In this document: in pieces, positions 37,859 to 47,042 of the stretch | How positions within the stretch are numbered: the first letter of the stretch is position 1 | Layout: each line of letters begins with the position of its first letter | Virus record (IMG/VR): IMGVR_UViG_3300050821_003884 | Coordinates: 16,898-80,897 of that record | Origin: a virus | Reading direction: 5' to 3' (one strand) | Length of the DNA stretch: 64,000 nucleotides | The notes under the pieces: model-generated | What the model saw: only the letters and a program-made list of their open reading frames with translations | What the model was told of the DNA's origin: nothing | Databases searched by the model: none | Position numbers and translations under genes: made by a program

Positions 37859-38157
37859 GCGGGGACGGGAAGCAGCTCCGGATAGAGGAGCTGCCGCTGA
37901 TACGGGACGACTTCATCATTCGCGCCGGGTTTCATTCAGAATTCCGCGCCGGAAGCGCATCCGCCGACGTAGCCGGAACCTTTACCGAGGAAGACGCCGA
38001 GGATGTGATCGCCATGCTGGAGATTACCATCCGCTCTGTAAAACGGCAGATGCGGGCACCGGGCGAGCAGGAATTAGAGCCGCTGCCCATCGTCGATGAC
38101 CGCAATCAGAATCCCGCCTACGCCTGCTGGGAAGGCATCGGGGAACAGGAGAAATAA
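37855..38157 (+). CDS. Hypothetical protein
   Basis: Coupled ORF. Confidence 0.5.
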   Translation: MSGDGKQLRIEELPLIRDDFIIRAGFHSEFRAGSASADVAGTFTEEDAEDVIAMLEITIRSVKRQMRAPGEQELEPLPIVDDRNQNPAYACWEGIGEQEK

Positions 38158-38158
38158 A

Positions 38159-38467
38159 TTGGCAAGCATCATGATCAACGGCATCGTGTCGCATCGCGAC
38201 AAGCAGCCATACATCCAGATCAGCAATGAAAACGGCATCCTCGCCCAGCTCTCGATGGCACAGGCCAGAAACGTGGCCATGGATATTTTACAAATGAGCG
38301 CAAGAACGGAATGCGACGCCATGATCCGGAAATTCTTCGACACCAACGAGTTTCCTGAAGGCGCTGCGGACGCGCTGGTCATCAGCTTCCGCGACTACCG
38401 CGCCCAGCTCGACGACGAGGAAATCAAAACCAGCCGCAGCGACCCGGATACCGGAGAAAGACACTAA
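38159..38467 (+). CDS. Hypothetical protein
   Basis: AGGAG RBS and TTG start. Confidence 0.55.
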   Translation: MASIMINGIVSHRDKQPYIQISNENGILAQLSMAQARNVAMDILQMSARTECDAMIRKFFDTNEFPEGAADALVISFRDYRAQLDDEEIKTSRSDPDTGERH

Positions 38468-38485
38468 GAGAAAGGACAACCCTCT

Positions 38486-38704
38486 ATGGCCTATCTGAAG
38501 GAACGCATGAACGGAACCGTCGTTACCCAGCCCCACAAAATGCGGGTGATGCTGAGAGGTAAAATTTCCAACCTGCTTACGCAGTACACCCTTGATGAAG
38601 TGCTGGGCGAGATTGCCGCGCAGCGGCCCACATTCGACATCCATCTCGTAGTGGCCGGACGCAAAGCGGCCAACGGACAGGAAGCGCTCAGCGACCAGCA
38701 GTAA
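38486..38704 (+). CDS. Hypothetical protein
   Basis: Co-oriented ORF. Confidence 0.5.
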   Translation: MAYLKERMNGTVVTQPHKMRVMLRGKISNLLTQYTLDEVLGEIAAQRPTFDIHLVVAGRKAANGQEALSDQQ

Positions 38705-38731
38705 GTTTTTTCGGAGTTCGGAGGTGACGTA

Positions 38732-38971
38732 ATGCCCGCCATCCGGGAACCAGAAACAGCCTTTTCTATCGGCGTCTGTTCTTTCAACCTGCGCCTGATG
38801 TCGGACGAACTGCGCCGGGAAGTGGAGCGAAGACTCTCCGGCCTGCCGATTGAGTATTCCCGCCTAACCGTGCGCTCCCGCGATGGCCAGACGCGCAGGC
38901 AGATCGTGTGGCACCTGCGCGGCGAAGACTCACCCACTTACACGCAAAGCGATTTACAAGTGATTGAATGA
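38732..38971 (+). CDS. Hypothetical protein
   Basis: GGAGG RBS. Confidence 0.5.
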   Translation: MPAIREPETAFSIGVCSFNLRLMSDELRREVERRLSGLPIEYSRLTVRSRDGQTRRQIVWHLRGEDSPTYTQSDLQVIE

Positions 38972-39231
38972 CAAACAACGCCAAATGGCGCGACAAGGTG
39001 CGCGAGGAATTAAAAAAGGGCGGCAGCGAGGCTCCCTGCCCCTTTTGCGGCGTTCCCCGCGTCCAGCGCAGCGACTACATTCGCTGCTGCCGCTGCGGCG
39101 TCAACTGGCTGAAAGGCGAAGCGCTCGACTGTGACCCGCGCAGGGAACGCCAGCGCAGGCATCAGGAGCTGGCTGCGGCCACGCTGTCGGGAAATAAGGC
39201 AGGGAAGAAGGAAGAGCATGCCGGACGATAA
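38968..39231 (+). CDS. Zinc-ribbon protein
   Basis: CPFC...CRC. Confidence 0.5.
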   Translation: MTNNAKWRDKVREELKKGGSEAPCPFCGVPRVQRSDYIRCCRCGVNWLKGEALDCDPRRERQRRHQELAAATLSGNKAGKKEEHAGR

Positions 39232-39409
39232 CATCACGTTCACCATCACGGGCAATGAATATATGCAGCTGCTGCTCATGATGGGCTACGCCACGGGCGC
39301 GGCCAGCAGGGAAGAAGATCAGCCCCTGTTGCGCAGCTTTCTGCGGCTGGCCAACAGCATCAACAAGGACAATCCCAAGTGGATACCTTACGAAGTGCCG
39401 GAAGAATAA
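39218..39409 (+). CDS. Hypothetical protein
   Basis: Co-oriented ORF. Confidence 0.5.
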   Translation: MPDDNITFTITGNEYMQLLLMMGYATGAASREEDQPLLRSFLRLANSINKDNPKWIPYEVPEE

Positions 39410-39436
39410 AAATTATTCCAAGGAGAATTAAAACTC

Positions 39437-39661
39437 ATGCGCTGTAGGAGACACCGCCGTTTCAACTGCATCGTTTGTACGCCCCAGCCCGCCGCTGCGG
39501 CCACAAGCGACGACTCTTCCTCATCCACGTTGCTGAATCTCGCAGTCGCCGAAAGCGTTGTCGAGACATTCAGCTCCGCGCCCGACTCACAGCCTGACAG
39601 CAACCCCTTCTCCGGCAGCGACGGCATGACCGGTGGCGGCGGCGCAGGCGGAGACTTCTGA
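39437..39661 (+). CDS. Ser/Gly-rich small protein
   Basis: Ends FSG..G..GGGGAGGDF; AAGGAG RBS. Confidence 0.55.
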   Translation: MRCRRHRRFNCIVCTPQPAAAATSDDSSSSTLLNLAVAESVVETFSSAPDSQPDSNPFSGSDGMTGGGGAGGDF

Positions 39662-39670
39662 GGTGTTCTG

Positions 39671-40303
39671 ATGAAAGTCGAAGTGACCAACGAATTAAAA
39701 CTGCGCTGGCCGGAAGGCTGGATTCGTACCCTGATCGAGCTGCGCAAGCACGACGCGCACTGGAAGAAGCCGCTCAGCTATTACGAGCAGCAGACAGTCA
39801 GGGAGCTGACGCTCATGGGCGCGACGGCGGTGCTGATTACCCATGGAACGTTCGACAAGGAGCGCATGGACCCCGGCGTTTCTGTCTGGTTCTCGCTCAC
39901 CAAGGAAGACTACTCGTGGCAGACGCTGCTGGGCCTGCCGCCCGCACCCACGCTGGACGAGATCGATACGAACTATCGTGAGCGGGTCAAGCCCATCCAC
40001 CCTGACCGCGAAGGCGGCGACATCGAACTGTTCAAGCGCTATGGAGAAGCCCGCAAACGCGCCCGCGACTGGGTTCTGGGCACGCATGCGGATCGCCACG
40101 AGTACGTGATGGCGCTGGATCGCTACACCACGATTCGTGCGAATCTGGCCGGACTCTCCAGTGCCTTCCGCAGCTTCCGCTCCCTGCAAAAACTGGGCAT
40201 GCCCACGATTCTCGAACGGGTGCTGGACAAGGCTTTCAAGGCTGCACTACCTATGAACGCATCGGGAGACGCCCATGAGCCTCGTGCTGAACGCACTGCC
40301 TGA
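39671..40303 (+). CDS. J-domain (DnaJ-like) phage protein
   Basis: LRWPEGW N-terminus; YRERVKPIHPDREGG (HPD motif). Confidence 0.7.
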   Translation: MKVEVTNELKLRWPEGWIRTLIELRKHDAHWKKPLSYYEQQTVRELTLMGATAVLITHGTFDKERMDPGVSVWFSLTKEDYSWQTLLGLPPAPTLDEIDTNYRERVKPIHPDREGGDIELFKRYGEARKRARDWVLGTHADRHEYVMALDRYTTIRANLAGLSSAFRSFRSLQKLGMPTILERVLDKAFKAALPMNASGDAHEPRAERTA

Positions 40304-40742
40304 TCTGCACTCCGAAATCGCCTCTCTCCGGCGTGAGCTGGAGAAGAAGAATCTGCGCCTCGCGGAAGTGGAAGAAGAGCTGACGCGGGAGCGAAATAAA
40401 AACCGCACCATCGAGGCCGGGGCGGAGAAACTGCGCAACATTCTCGATCCGCTGGTGAACGCTCTGGCCGCCATCTACGGGCGTATGGAGGCCATCGGCA
40501 TCGATGGCTCCGCGCCCGCCAACGACTCCAAGCGGGAAGTCTGGGAGTCGTGGAAGCAGAAGCTGGGCGGCCTGACGGCCAAGGCGATTGATGTGCTCAT
40601 GCTGCACGGCCCCATGAATCAGACGCAGCTACGCATTCAGTTAGCCTGCGCCTCACGCTCCGTAACCAACATCGTCGGCGCACTCAACAAGGCTGGACTG
40701 ATCAACAAAGTGGACGGGAAGATCGCGCTCAAGGAGCTGTAG
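40275..40742 (+). CDS. Coiled-coil plus winged-helix protein
   Basis: N-terminal heptads; C-terminal AIDVL...LNKAGLI. Confidence 0.55.
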   Translation: MSLVLNALPDLHSEIASLRRELEKKNLRLAEVEEELTRERNKNRTIEAGAEKLRNILDPLVNALAAIYGRMEAIGIDGSAPANDSKREVWESWKQKLGGLTAKAIDVLMLHGPMNQTQLRIQLACASRSVTNIVGALNKAGLINKVDGKIALKEL

Positions 40743-40964
40743 CGATGATTATCATCCTGAATGTACCGACCCCGACACCCATCTCCGTGTGGCACTCCGC
40801 AATCTATCTTCACCAAGACAGAGCGCTGGCCTACCGGCATGCCGGATTTCTGGAAGCGATGACCGGCGACCGTTGCCGGGTCGTAAAACACGGGCTGATG
40901 GGGTATCGCGTGGCCCGCTTCGATCCCGGCGGCGGGGAAGCGGAATAATTCCAACTCGGTTCAT

Positions 40965-41171
40965 CTAGAACCCCCAGATCGATTCCGGCTCTTTGCTGTG
41001 CGCTGCCAGTACGCGATTGCGATGCGGCGCGGGCAGGAAGACCTTGCCGCCCATGCCGCCGGGTTTGTCGGCAAGGCAGCGGGCTGTGATCGCCGCACGG
41101 CAGTCCGGACAGACGATGCTCAGCGTCTGCTCGTCGTAGTCGTCGAAGCCTGTCTCTACTTTATGGATCAT
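40965..41171 (-). CDS. Small zinc-finger protein
   Basis: CPDC.A...C...H..R. Confidence 0.5.
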   Translation of the reverse strand: MIHKVETGFDDYDEQTLSIVCPDCRAAITARCLADKPGGMGGKVFLPAPHRNRVLAAHSKEPESIWGF

Positions 41172-41642
41172 ATCTACCCCGACTAATAAATGATGATGAT
41201 CATCATCATAACTATAGACTTATTAACATCCATGCTTGACTTAGGCGCATGATAGGCGCATGTTATCACCTTGTGATGGCGCATTTGTTGGAGAAATATA
41301 TGATGAACAATCAAGGGAGGATAATCGACCTGCTGGTGCGCTACTGGGGGCTGGGGAAAGAACTGGACGAGGACGAGAGGGCAGTGCTGCTTACGGCTCT
41401 CGACGAGGAGAATAAGCTGCTGCGCGGGCCGATCCACCAGCGGGCGCTGGAGCGCCTGAAGGAGAAGGGAATTGAGTAATGGACGATCCCCTCTGCGGCT
41501 ACTGCCACATGCCGCTCAGCCTGCACTGCAAAGGCCACCAGTCGCATTCGGACGGACGCCATGGAACCTGTATATGCGTGAGCCGCCACTGTCTCGCGCC
41601 GCTGTGCGACTGTCTTGATTTCCGGCCACCAGAGGAGAAGCC

Positions 41643-41879
41643 ATGCCCCGCCCCAAACCCACCAGCAAGGCGCTGTACGAGCGCAAGGACCGCGCTCAGG
41701 AATGGAAAGTGTTCCGCAGAAACAACCTGCTCACCCAGAAGCGGCTGGCGCATATCATGGGCGTCTCCCGCCGCACCATCCAGTTGGTCGAAGGCGCATA
41801 TATTACCCCGCATCCGAAAACCCTGCGCCTCTTCAGCCAGTTTAAAAACAAGTACGATAGCCGCGTAAATACTGCATGA
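41643..41879 (+). CDS. XRE-family HTH regulator
   Basis: LTQKRLAHIMGVSRRTIQLVEG. Confidence 0.75.
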   Translation: MPRPKPTSKALYERKDRAQEWKVFRRNNLLTQKRLAHIMGVSRRTIQLVEGAYITPHPKTLRLFSQFKNKYDSRVNTA

Positions 41880-41901
41880 TTTAAAAACAAAGGAGAAATT
41901 T

Positions 41902-42288
41902 ATGACTGATACTGTTGATTTCGTCGAAGCGCTTTCGGGCGAGGAAATCGTTATCGATCTGTGCTCGCAACTGGCCGAGAAGCTGCGCAAGGACTGCAAC
42001 CTGAGAGAGTCGGACAGCTATCAGGGCGGCTACATGGCCAAGATCACGGTGCATCTGGAAGCTTACGGCATGGACACCGCCACTGTGGATGCCACGGTTG
42101 CGACCGGCACCGAGCAGGATCATCCGGATGAGCTGCTGGACGCCGAGTACGAGATTCCCGTTGAACCTTTGCTGAATGTGGTGCGCGAGCGCTCCGAGCA
42201 GCCGGTGCCCACGCTGGCGGAAGAAGGCGGGCAGCCGGTAGTGAAGTCGCGCCGTTACGTGCGCCGCGAGCAGAAGGTTTCAGTGTAA
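41902..42288 (+). CDS. Hypothetical protein
   Basis: AAGGAG RBS. Confidence 0.6.
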   Translation: MTDTVDFVEALSGEEIVIDLCSQLAEKLRKDCNLRESDSYQGGYMAKITVHLEAYGMDTATVDATVATGTEQDHPDELLDAEYEIPVEPLLNVVRERSEQPVPTLAEEGGQPVVKSRRYVRREQKVSV

Positions 42289-42387
42289 GAAACAGAGCGT
42301 CATCCTCCGCTTAGAAATTAAATTTCAGGCGGGGATGCGGGGTGCGGCGGACTTCTTGGGGGAGGCTGCCGCACGTTATCTCGCGAG

Positions 42388-42780
42388 ATGGAGAAACCCG
42401 CCAACCGAGTGAGCGGCATGCCGATGACAGACGATCAACTGAATTCCTTCGCAGAACGATTCGTACTATCATTCGAGAAATTAGCGTTAGCTCTGGAGGG
42501 CTTGAATGAAACCTACCGACGACAGTACGCCAGCCAGTACCCGGAACGCAGGGAAGTCAGGGAAGCCGTCGTCACGCGGATCCAGTCCGAAGAAGACAGA
42601 ATCCGCGAAGCGCAGGGCGCAAGCAGCAGGCCCCTCTCCGCGTGGCTCAGCGAAGTCGAAGACGAGGAAGAAGAGGCAGAATTTATTGGAGTTCGTGAGC
42701 GCGAATGGCTCGACGCCCAAAGAACCCCCGCCACCGCTCAAGGACGTGAAGGCGATCACACGGAAGAGGGAGAATCCTAA
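42388..42780 (+). CDS. Hypothetical protein
   Basis: Co-oriented ORF. Confidence 0.5.
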   Translation: MEKPANRVSGMPMTDDQLNSFAERFVLSFEKLALALEGLNETYRRQYASQYPERREVREAVVTRIQSEEDRIREAQGASSRPLSAWLSEVEDEEEEAEFIGVREREWLDAQRTPATAQGREGDHTEEGES

Positions 42781-43405
42781 GCGCACCCTCACCGCGCTCA
42801 AGCGCCTTGGCGTCTCCGCGAAAGAGCTGGCGCTCGCTCCCCAGATCACGCCTTTGCTCAAGCGGGCCGAGGGTGGCGTCGAACAGGTTATAGCCGCCAT
42901 GCGCTTTGCTCCCGACGAAGTAATTGCCGCATTTCTGGAAAAATATGACTCCATCCGCGCCGGAGATCGCGAGCGCCTGAGCATTGAAGCTGTTGCGCTG
43001 GCCGCGCAGATCAACATTGCCCACCTACTCGGATCGATCCAGTTGGCGCTTCAGCAGCAGTCGGTAAACACGGTAAAAATTATCGCGGTAACCAATCACC
43101 ATAAGATCACCGAAGCCAGAGTCGCTTACGGCATGTTGCCGCTGGGTGAAAGAGATCGTACCGCGCTCGATACCGCCATGGGATTTTTACCTTCGCCTAA
43201 AGGGCCGACCTTCATCAACAAAGCAATATTCGGATCAGGCAAGAATGTGATGGACCAGCAGCGGAGCGGCGACGATGACGAGGAAGGCGAGCTGGTCAAT
43301 AGCGACGATATCGACTTAGACCGTTTGTTCCCACCTGCAAATCTCATGCAGGAACGGCTTCAGGCAATCAGGCAGCGCCAGTTACCGTCGGGGACGAAGC
43401 CCTGA
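42506..43405 (+). CDS. Hypothetical protein, candidate small terminase (start likely near 42695)
   Basis: Helical protein upstream of terL; position is the only evidence. Confidence 0.4.
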   Translation: MKPTDDSTPASTRNAGKSGKPSSRGSSPKKTESAKRRAQAAGPSPRGSAKSKTRKKRQNLLEFVSANGSTPKEPPPPLKDVKAITRKRENPKRTLTALKRLGVSAKELALAPQITPLLKRAEGGVEQVIAAMRFAPDEVIAAFLEKYDSIRAGDRERLSIEAVALAAQINIAHLLGSIQLALQQQSVNTVKIIAVTNHHKITEARVAYGMLPLGERDRTALDTAMGFLPSPKGPTFINKAIFGSGKNVMDQQRSGDDDEEGELVNSDDIDLDRLFPPANLMQERLQAIRQRQLPSGTKP

Positions 43406-43424
43406 GCGTGAAAGGAAACAGATT

Positions 43425-44285
43425 ATGGTGTCCGATTCTTATAAAGCGCAATATCCTCCTCTGACTCTGTCGAGTTCATACGAACAGGAAGCCATGAATT
43501 GCGTGCTTACCGGCACCGCTGCGGCCTCCCACTCGACCGGGGACGGGGTCATAATTTACACCGTGCCGCCGCCGTCCCCGGAACCTCCGGTAGAACCGCT
43601 TCCAGAGGGGCCGCCATCGGAACTGGCCACGCTGCACATGGACATGAATGACTCGACGGACAACATCGTGGCCTTGGAAAACAAGGCGTTCACGCCGGTT
43701 GTCGGCAGCATTCTCCAGATCGATGCTGAGTACATGGCCGTCACCGATGCGGCCAACCGCAATAATCTGCAAGTGAGCCGTGCGGCCTGCGGTTCCGACA
43801 TCGGCACGCACACGGCGGGAGTCGAGGTAACGATCTGGGGAGCGTCGCCGCCGACTGATTTGGCCAGCGGGACAGGCGTACTCCACATGCCCATGAACGA
43901 TTCCACCGACAGCATCGTGGCCCTTGAAGACAAGGCGTCATCGGTGGCTGCTGGCAGTGTTCTCGGGATTGACGCCGAGTACATGATGGTTACCGACGCC
44001 ACCAATCTCAACAACCTTGCCGTCACCCGTGCGACTTGCGGCTCCGCTATTGGCCCGCACGCGGAAGGGGCGCAGGTGACGATGTGGGGAAATGGATCAT
44101 CTGCCCAGACGGCGACGAAGACGAAGGGTACGCACCACAATAAAGCTGCTGCTGCGTCAGGCGGCGAGGCCAGCGCTCACAAGACATCGAAACAAATCCG
44201 CCCTGAGACTGCGGCTGAGGAACGGCGGCGCGAAGACGCGGAAGATGACAAAGCTGGCGAGGTACACGCCAAGAAGAAGAAGTAA
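43425..44285 (+). CDS. Protein with two internal virion-type beta repeats
   Basis: Duplicated LHM.MNDSTD.IVALE.KA...IDAEYM.VTDA.N.NNL.V.RA.CGS. Confidence 0.65.
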   Translation: MVSDSYKAQYPPLTLSSSYEQEAMNCVLTGTAAASHSTGDGVIIYTVPPPSPEPPVEPLPEGPPSELATLHMDMNDSTDNIVALENKAFTPVVGSILQIDAEYMAVTDAANRNNLQVSRAACGSDIGTHTAGVEVTIWGASPPTDLASGTGVLHMPMNDSTDSIVALEDKASSVAAGSVLGIDAEYMMVTDATNLNNLAVTRATCGSAIGPHAEGAQVTMWGNGSSAQTATKTKGTHHNKAAAASGGEASAHKTSKQIRPETAAEERRREDAEDDKAGEVHAKKKK

Positions 44286-44290
44286 AGCTC

Positions 44291-44398
44291 TTGACGCTAA
44301 GTAATAACACGAATTAGTTTTAGTTCCATCGGAGATACAGGCCACCCGCACGGGACAGGTCATGGCTCTGGCACTTATGCCAGAGCCATTTTTATTTG
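44291..44398 (+). promoter_or_regulatory. Late promoter, leader and intrinsic terminator (copy 1)
   Basis: TTGACG-N18-TAGTTT, GAGATACAG, ATGGCTCTGGCA/TGCCAGAGCCAT hairpin, TTTTATTT. Confidence 0.7.
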
Positions 44399-44407
44399 CG
44401 GAGGGAA

Positions 44408-46558
44408 ATGTACAGCGATAAAACCATCTTCCGTAATCTGGACGACTTTGCCGCCAAGGAAGGGTGGCTGCCCCAATACCACTCTTACGACGAAGTACGC
44501 GAATTCAGCGCCTACATCGACTCGCTTACCAAGATCGAATCGAACTCCAAGTCCAGCTACATTTCCGTAGTCAAGCGCATCACCGCCAAGCGGCAGAAGG
44601 ACGTGGCCCGCTGGATTGAAAACGAGCAGGTTTTGTGCGGCTTCGACAGTGGTTACTGGGAAAGAAATTACGCGTGGGTCTGTGACGAGAAGGGACAGAT
44701 ATTTAAATTCGCGAACCGCACATCGCAGGTGGTCTTCGATTCGATCATCGCCGGTTTCGATGAGCGCGAGGTGTCGATTGAGCTGCTGATCCTGAAGGCG
44801 CGGCAGGTAGGCATCTCCACCAAGACGGCGCTGAAATTTATTCACCGGCTGATGTTCATTCCCCACACGCAGGCGGTGATGGCGTCGGTGATGAAGGAAA
44901 AGTCGGAACTGATCGGACGCATCCTCGATACCGCGTACAACCGCTCGCCATGGTGGCTGGTGCCCCGGCGCATGCCCAAGCGCTCCTTCGACAACGGCTC
45001 CATTCTGTCGATCCAGTCGGGCATGCAGGCTACGGGATTGGCTCAGGGGTGGACGCCAACCTGCGTGCATGTATCCGAGCTGGCTGATGTTCCGAATCCT
45101 AAGACCACCATCGAAGAAGGCTTGTTCCGCGCCGCGCATTCATCCAAAAACCTCTTTATGGTTCTTGAAGGCACAGGCGGCGGCAATACCGGGTGGCTGG
45201 CGGATACGTGGAGAGCTTCGAAAGAAGACTGGCCCAAGGGGCTGGCCCGCCTGTGTCCGGTGTTCATCCCTTGGGCCATGTGCCCGGACATTTACCCGGA
45301 GCCGGACTGGGTGAAAAAGTTTCCCGTGCCCGAAGACTTTGCGTCGCGGATGCACGAGGTAACCCGCAAGCACGTCATCAAGTGCGAATCGTACATCCGC
45401 AACACGCCCTATCTGGCCAAGATCGCGGGCGCTGACTGGCGTATGCCGATTGAGCAGAAGTGGTTCTGGCAGTTCAACTACGATGCGGCCTGCAAGAACC
45501 ACACGCAGAAGACATGGGCCGCGCAGATGCCCGCCGACGACTACGAAGCGCTGACCGGAATTCACGACAGCGTCTTCGATCCCGAGGTGCTGGCGGAAGT
45601 CGAGGACCGCATCTACGAGGTCCATACGGATTCGAACAGGCGGGAGCGCAGGAAGCCGGTTGAGGTCTACGCCATCACCGGCCATGACGTAGATGAAATC
45701 TTTCATCCGCCGGACGAGCGCATCGACTGGACGAAGGACGTGGTGCGCGTCGAGTGGGATTCATATCGCGGCCAGCATTACGAGTGGAAGATGATTCCGC
45801 TGCTCGCGCTGGACGAGGACAGCGAACGCAACACTATGGATTATCTGCTGATCTACGAGTGGCCGAAGAATGGGCAGCGCTACTCCTGCGGGATCGACAC
45901 GGCGGACGGCTTGGGCAAGGAAGACGAAGAGCGGTCTTGCCTGTCGATTGCCAAGAACAGGTATTCCGGTGATTGCGATCAGCAGGTGGCCGAGCTGACA
46001 TCGAACCGCATCAACTCCGCGCAGATCGTCCCCTTTGCGGCCTGCATGGGGGCGCTGTACGGTCCCGCGTGCCCCGACGCCCGTGGCATGAAGTTCTGCA
46101 TCGAGCAGATTCAGGGGCCGGGAGATACCTGCCAGCACCAGTTGAAGATGATGGGCTTCTTCAACCACCACATCCCGCGCCGCTACGACTCGAAAAAGAT
46201 CAAGGACGATTCTTCCAAAAAGGAAGGCTGGTACTCCAGCACGTGGTCCGTCCCGATTCTCACCACCCGCTTTGTCGAGGCGGTCAACGGCGGCTGGTAC
46301 GAGCCGAGATCGAGATGGCTGATCGAGGAGCTGCGCACGCTGGAGCGCCACGAGACGGGCAGCAGGTCCAAGATGGAGCACCGCAGCGGTAAGTTCGACG
46401 ACCGCTTCCGGGCGGCGGCGCAGTCGTACTTCACCGCGCACGACATGGATGTGCTGACGGAGCGGGCGCAGAAGCGCTATGCCCTGCCAGCCCGCAAGGC
46501 GGTGGTTTCCCGTACAGCCTGTACGGCGAATCAGGTATCGGTAGGGAGTTGGGGATGA
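44408..46558 (+). CDS. terL: Terminase large subunit
   Basis: ILKARQVGIST Walker A, VHVSE Walker B, LEGT, nuclease GIDTADG and FDD. Confidence 0.85.
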   Translation: MYSDKTIFRNLDDFAAKEGWLPQYHSYDEVREFSAYIDSLTKIESNSKSSYISVVKRITAKRQKDVARWIENEQVLCGFDSGYWERNYAWVCDEKGQIFKFANRTSQVVFDSIIAGFDEREVSIELLILKARQVGISTKTALKFIHRLMFIPHTQAVMASVMKEKSELIGRILDTAYNRSPWWLVPRRMPKRSFDNGSILSIQSGMQATGLAQGWTPTCVHVSELADVPNPKTTIEEGLFRAAHSSKNLFMVLEGTGGGNTGWLADTWRASKEDWPKGLARLCPVFIPWAMCPDIYPEPDWVKKFPVPEDFASRMHEVTRKHVIKCESYIRNTPYLAKIAGADWRMPIEQKWFWQFNYDAACKNHTQKTWAAQMPADDYEALTGIHDSVFDPEVLAEVEDRIYEVHTDSNRRERRKPVEVYAITGHDVDEIFHPPDERIDWTKDVVRVEWDSYRGQHYEWKMIPLLALDEDSERNTMDYLLIYEWPKNGQRYSCGIDTADGLGKEDEERSCLSIAKNRYSGDCDQQVAELTSNRINSAQIVPFAACMGALYGPACPDARGMKFCIEQIQGPGDTCQHQLKMMGFFNHHIPRRYDSKKIKDDSSKKEGWYSSTWSVPILTTRFVEAVNGGWYEPRSRWLIEELRTLERHETGSRSKMEHRSGKFDDRFRAAAQSYFTAHDMDVLTERAQKRYALPARKAVVSRTACTANQVSVGSWG

Positions 46559-46944
46559 ACAGGCAGCTACAGACAAAAATTATCTACTACTACAACGGCG
46601 TGACCGGCGCAATCACCATGGGACTCCCGGAGCAGTACAGCGCACCCTATGGCTGGCAGAAGATCGTCTGCCACACAGCGCATGAGGCCGAAGTATGGTC
46701 TGCGCGGATGCGGCGCTGGGAAGCCTTCAAGCAGCAGATGGAAGACGAGCAGCGGGAGCTTATCGAGGGGCCGATCCGGGATAACCTGCGCAGGCATATC
46801 CAGCATCTGGCCGCCAATGCCCGTAATAACATGAACCGCGATTTTCTACTTATGCATTTGAATAACTACGACAAGCGTCCGGACCTAACTAGGACCGAAC
46901 GGATAAGTTATCTACATGCGGAAGCCCACGAAAGCGGGCATTAG
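46555..46944 (+). CDS. Hypothetical protein
   Basis: Coupled to terL. Confidence 0.6.
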   Translation: MNRQLQTKIIYYYNGVTGAITMGLPEQYSAPYGWQKIVCHTAHEAEVWSARMRRWEAFKQQMEDEQRELIEGPIRDNLRRHIQHLAANARNNMNRDFLLMHLNNYDKRPDLTRTERISYLHAEAHESGH

Positions 46945-47042
46945 TAAAAATTAAATTGCATGCGGACGGATGTCGTTGTAGGTTAGGCAAAGTTACCCCG
47001 TTTGTGGGAGCGGGTTCCGGGAGAGAAACTGGAAACGCCTGA

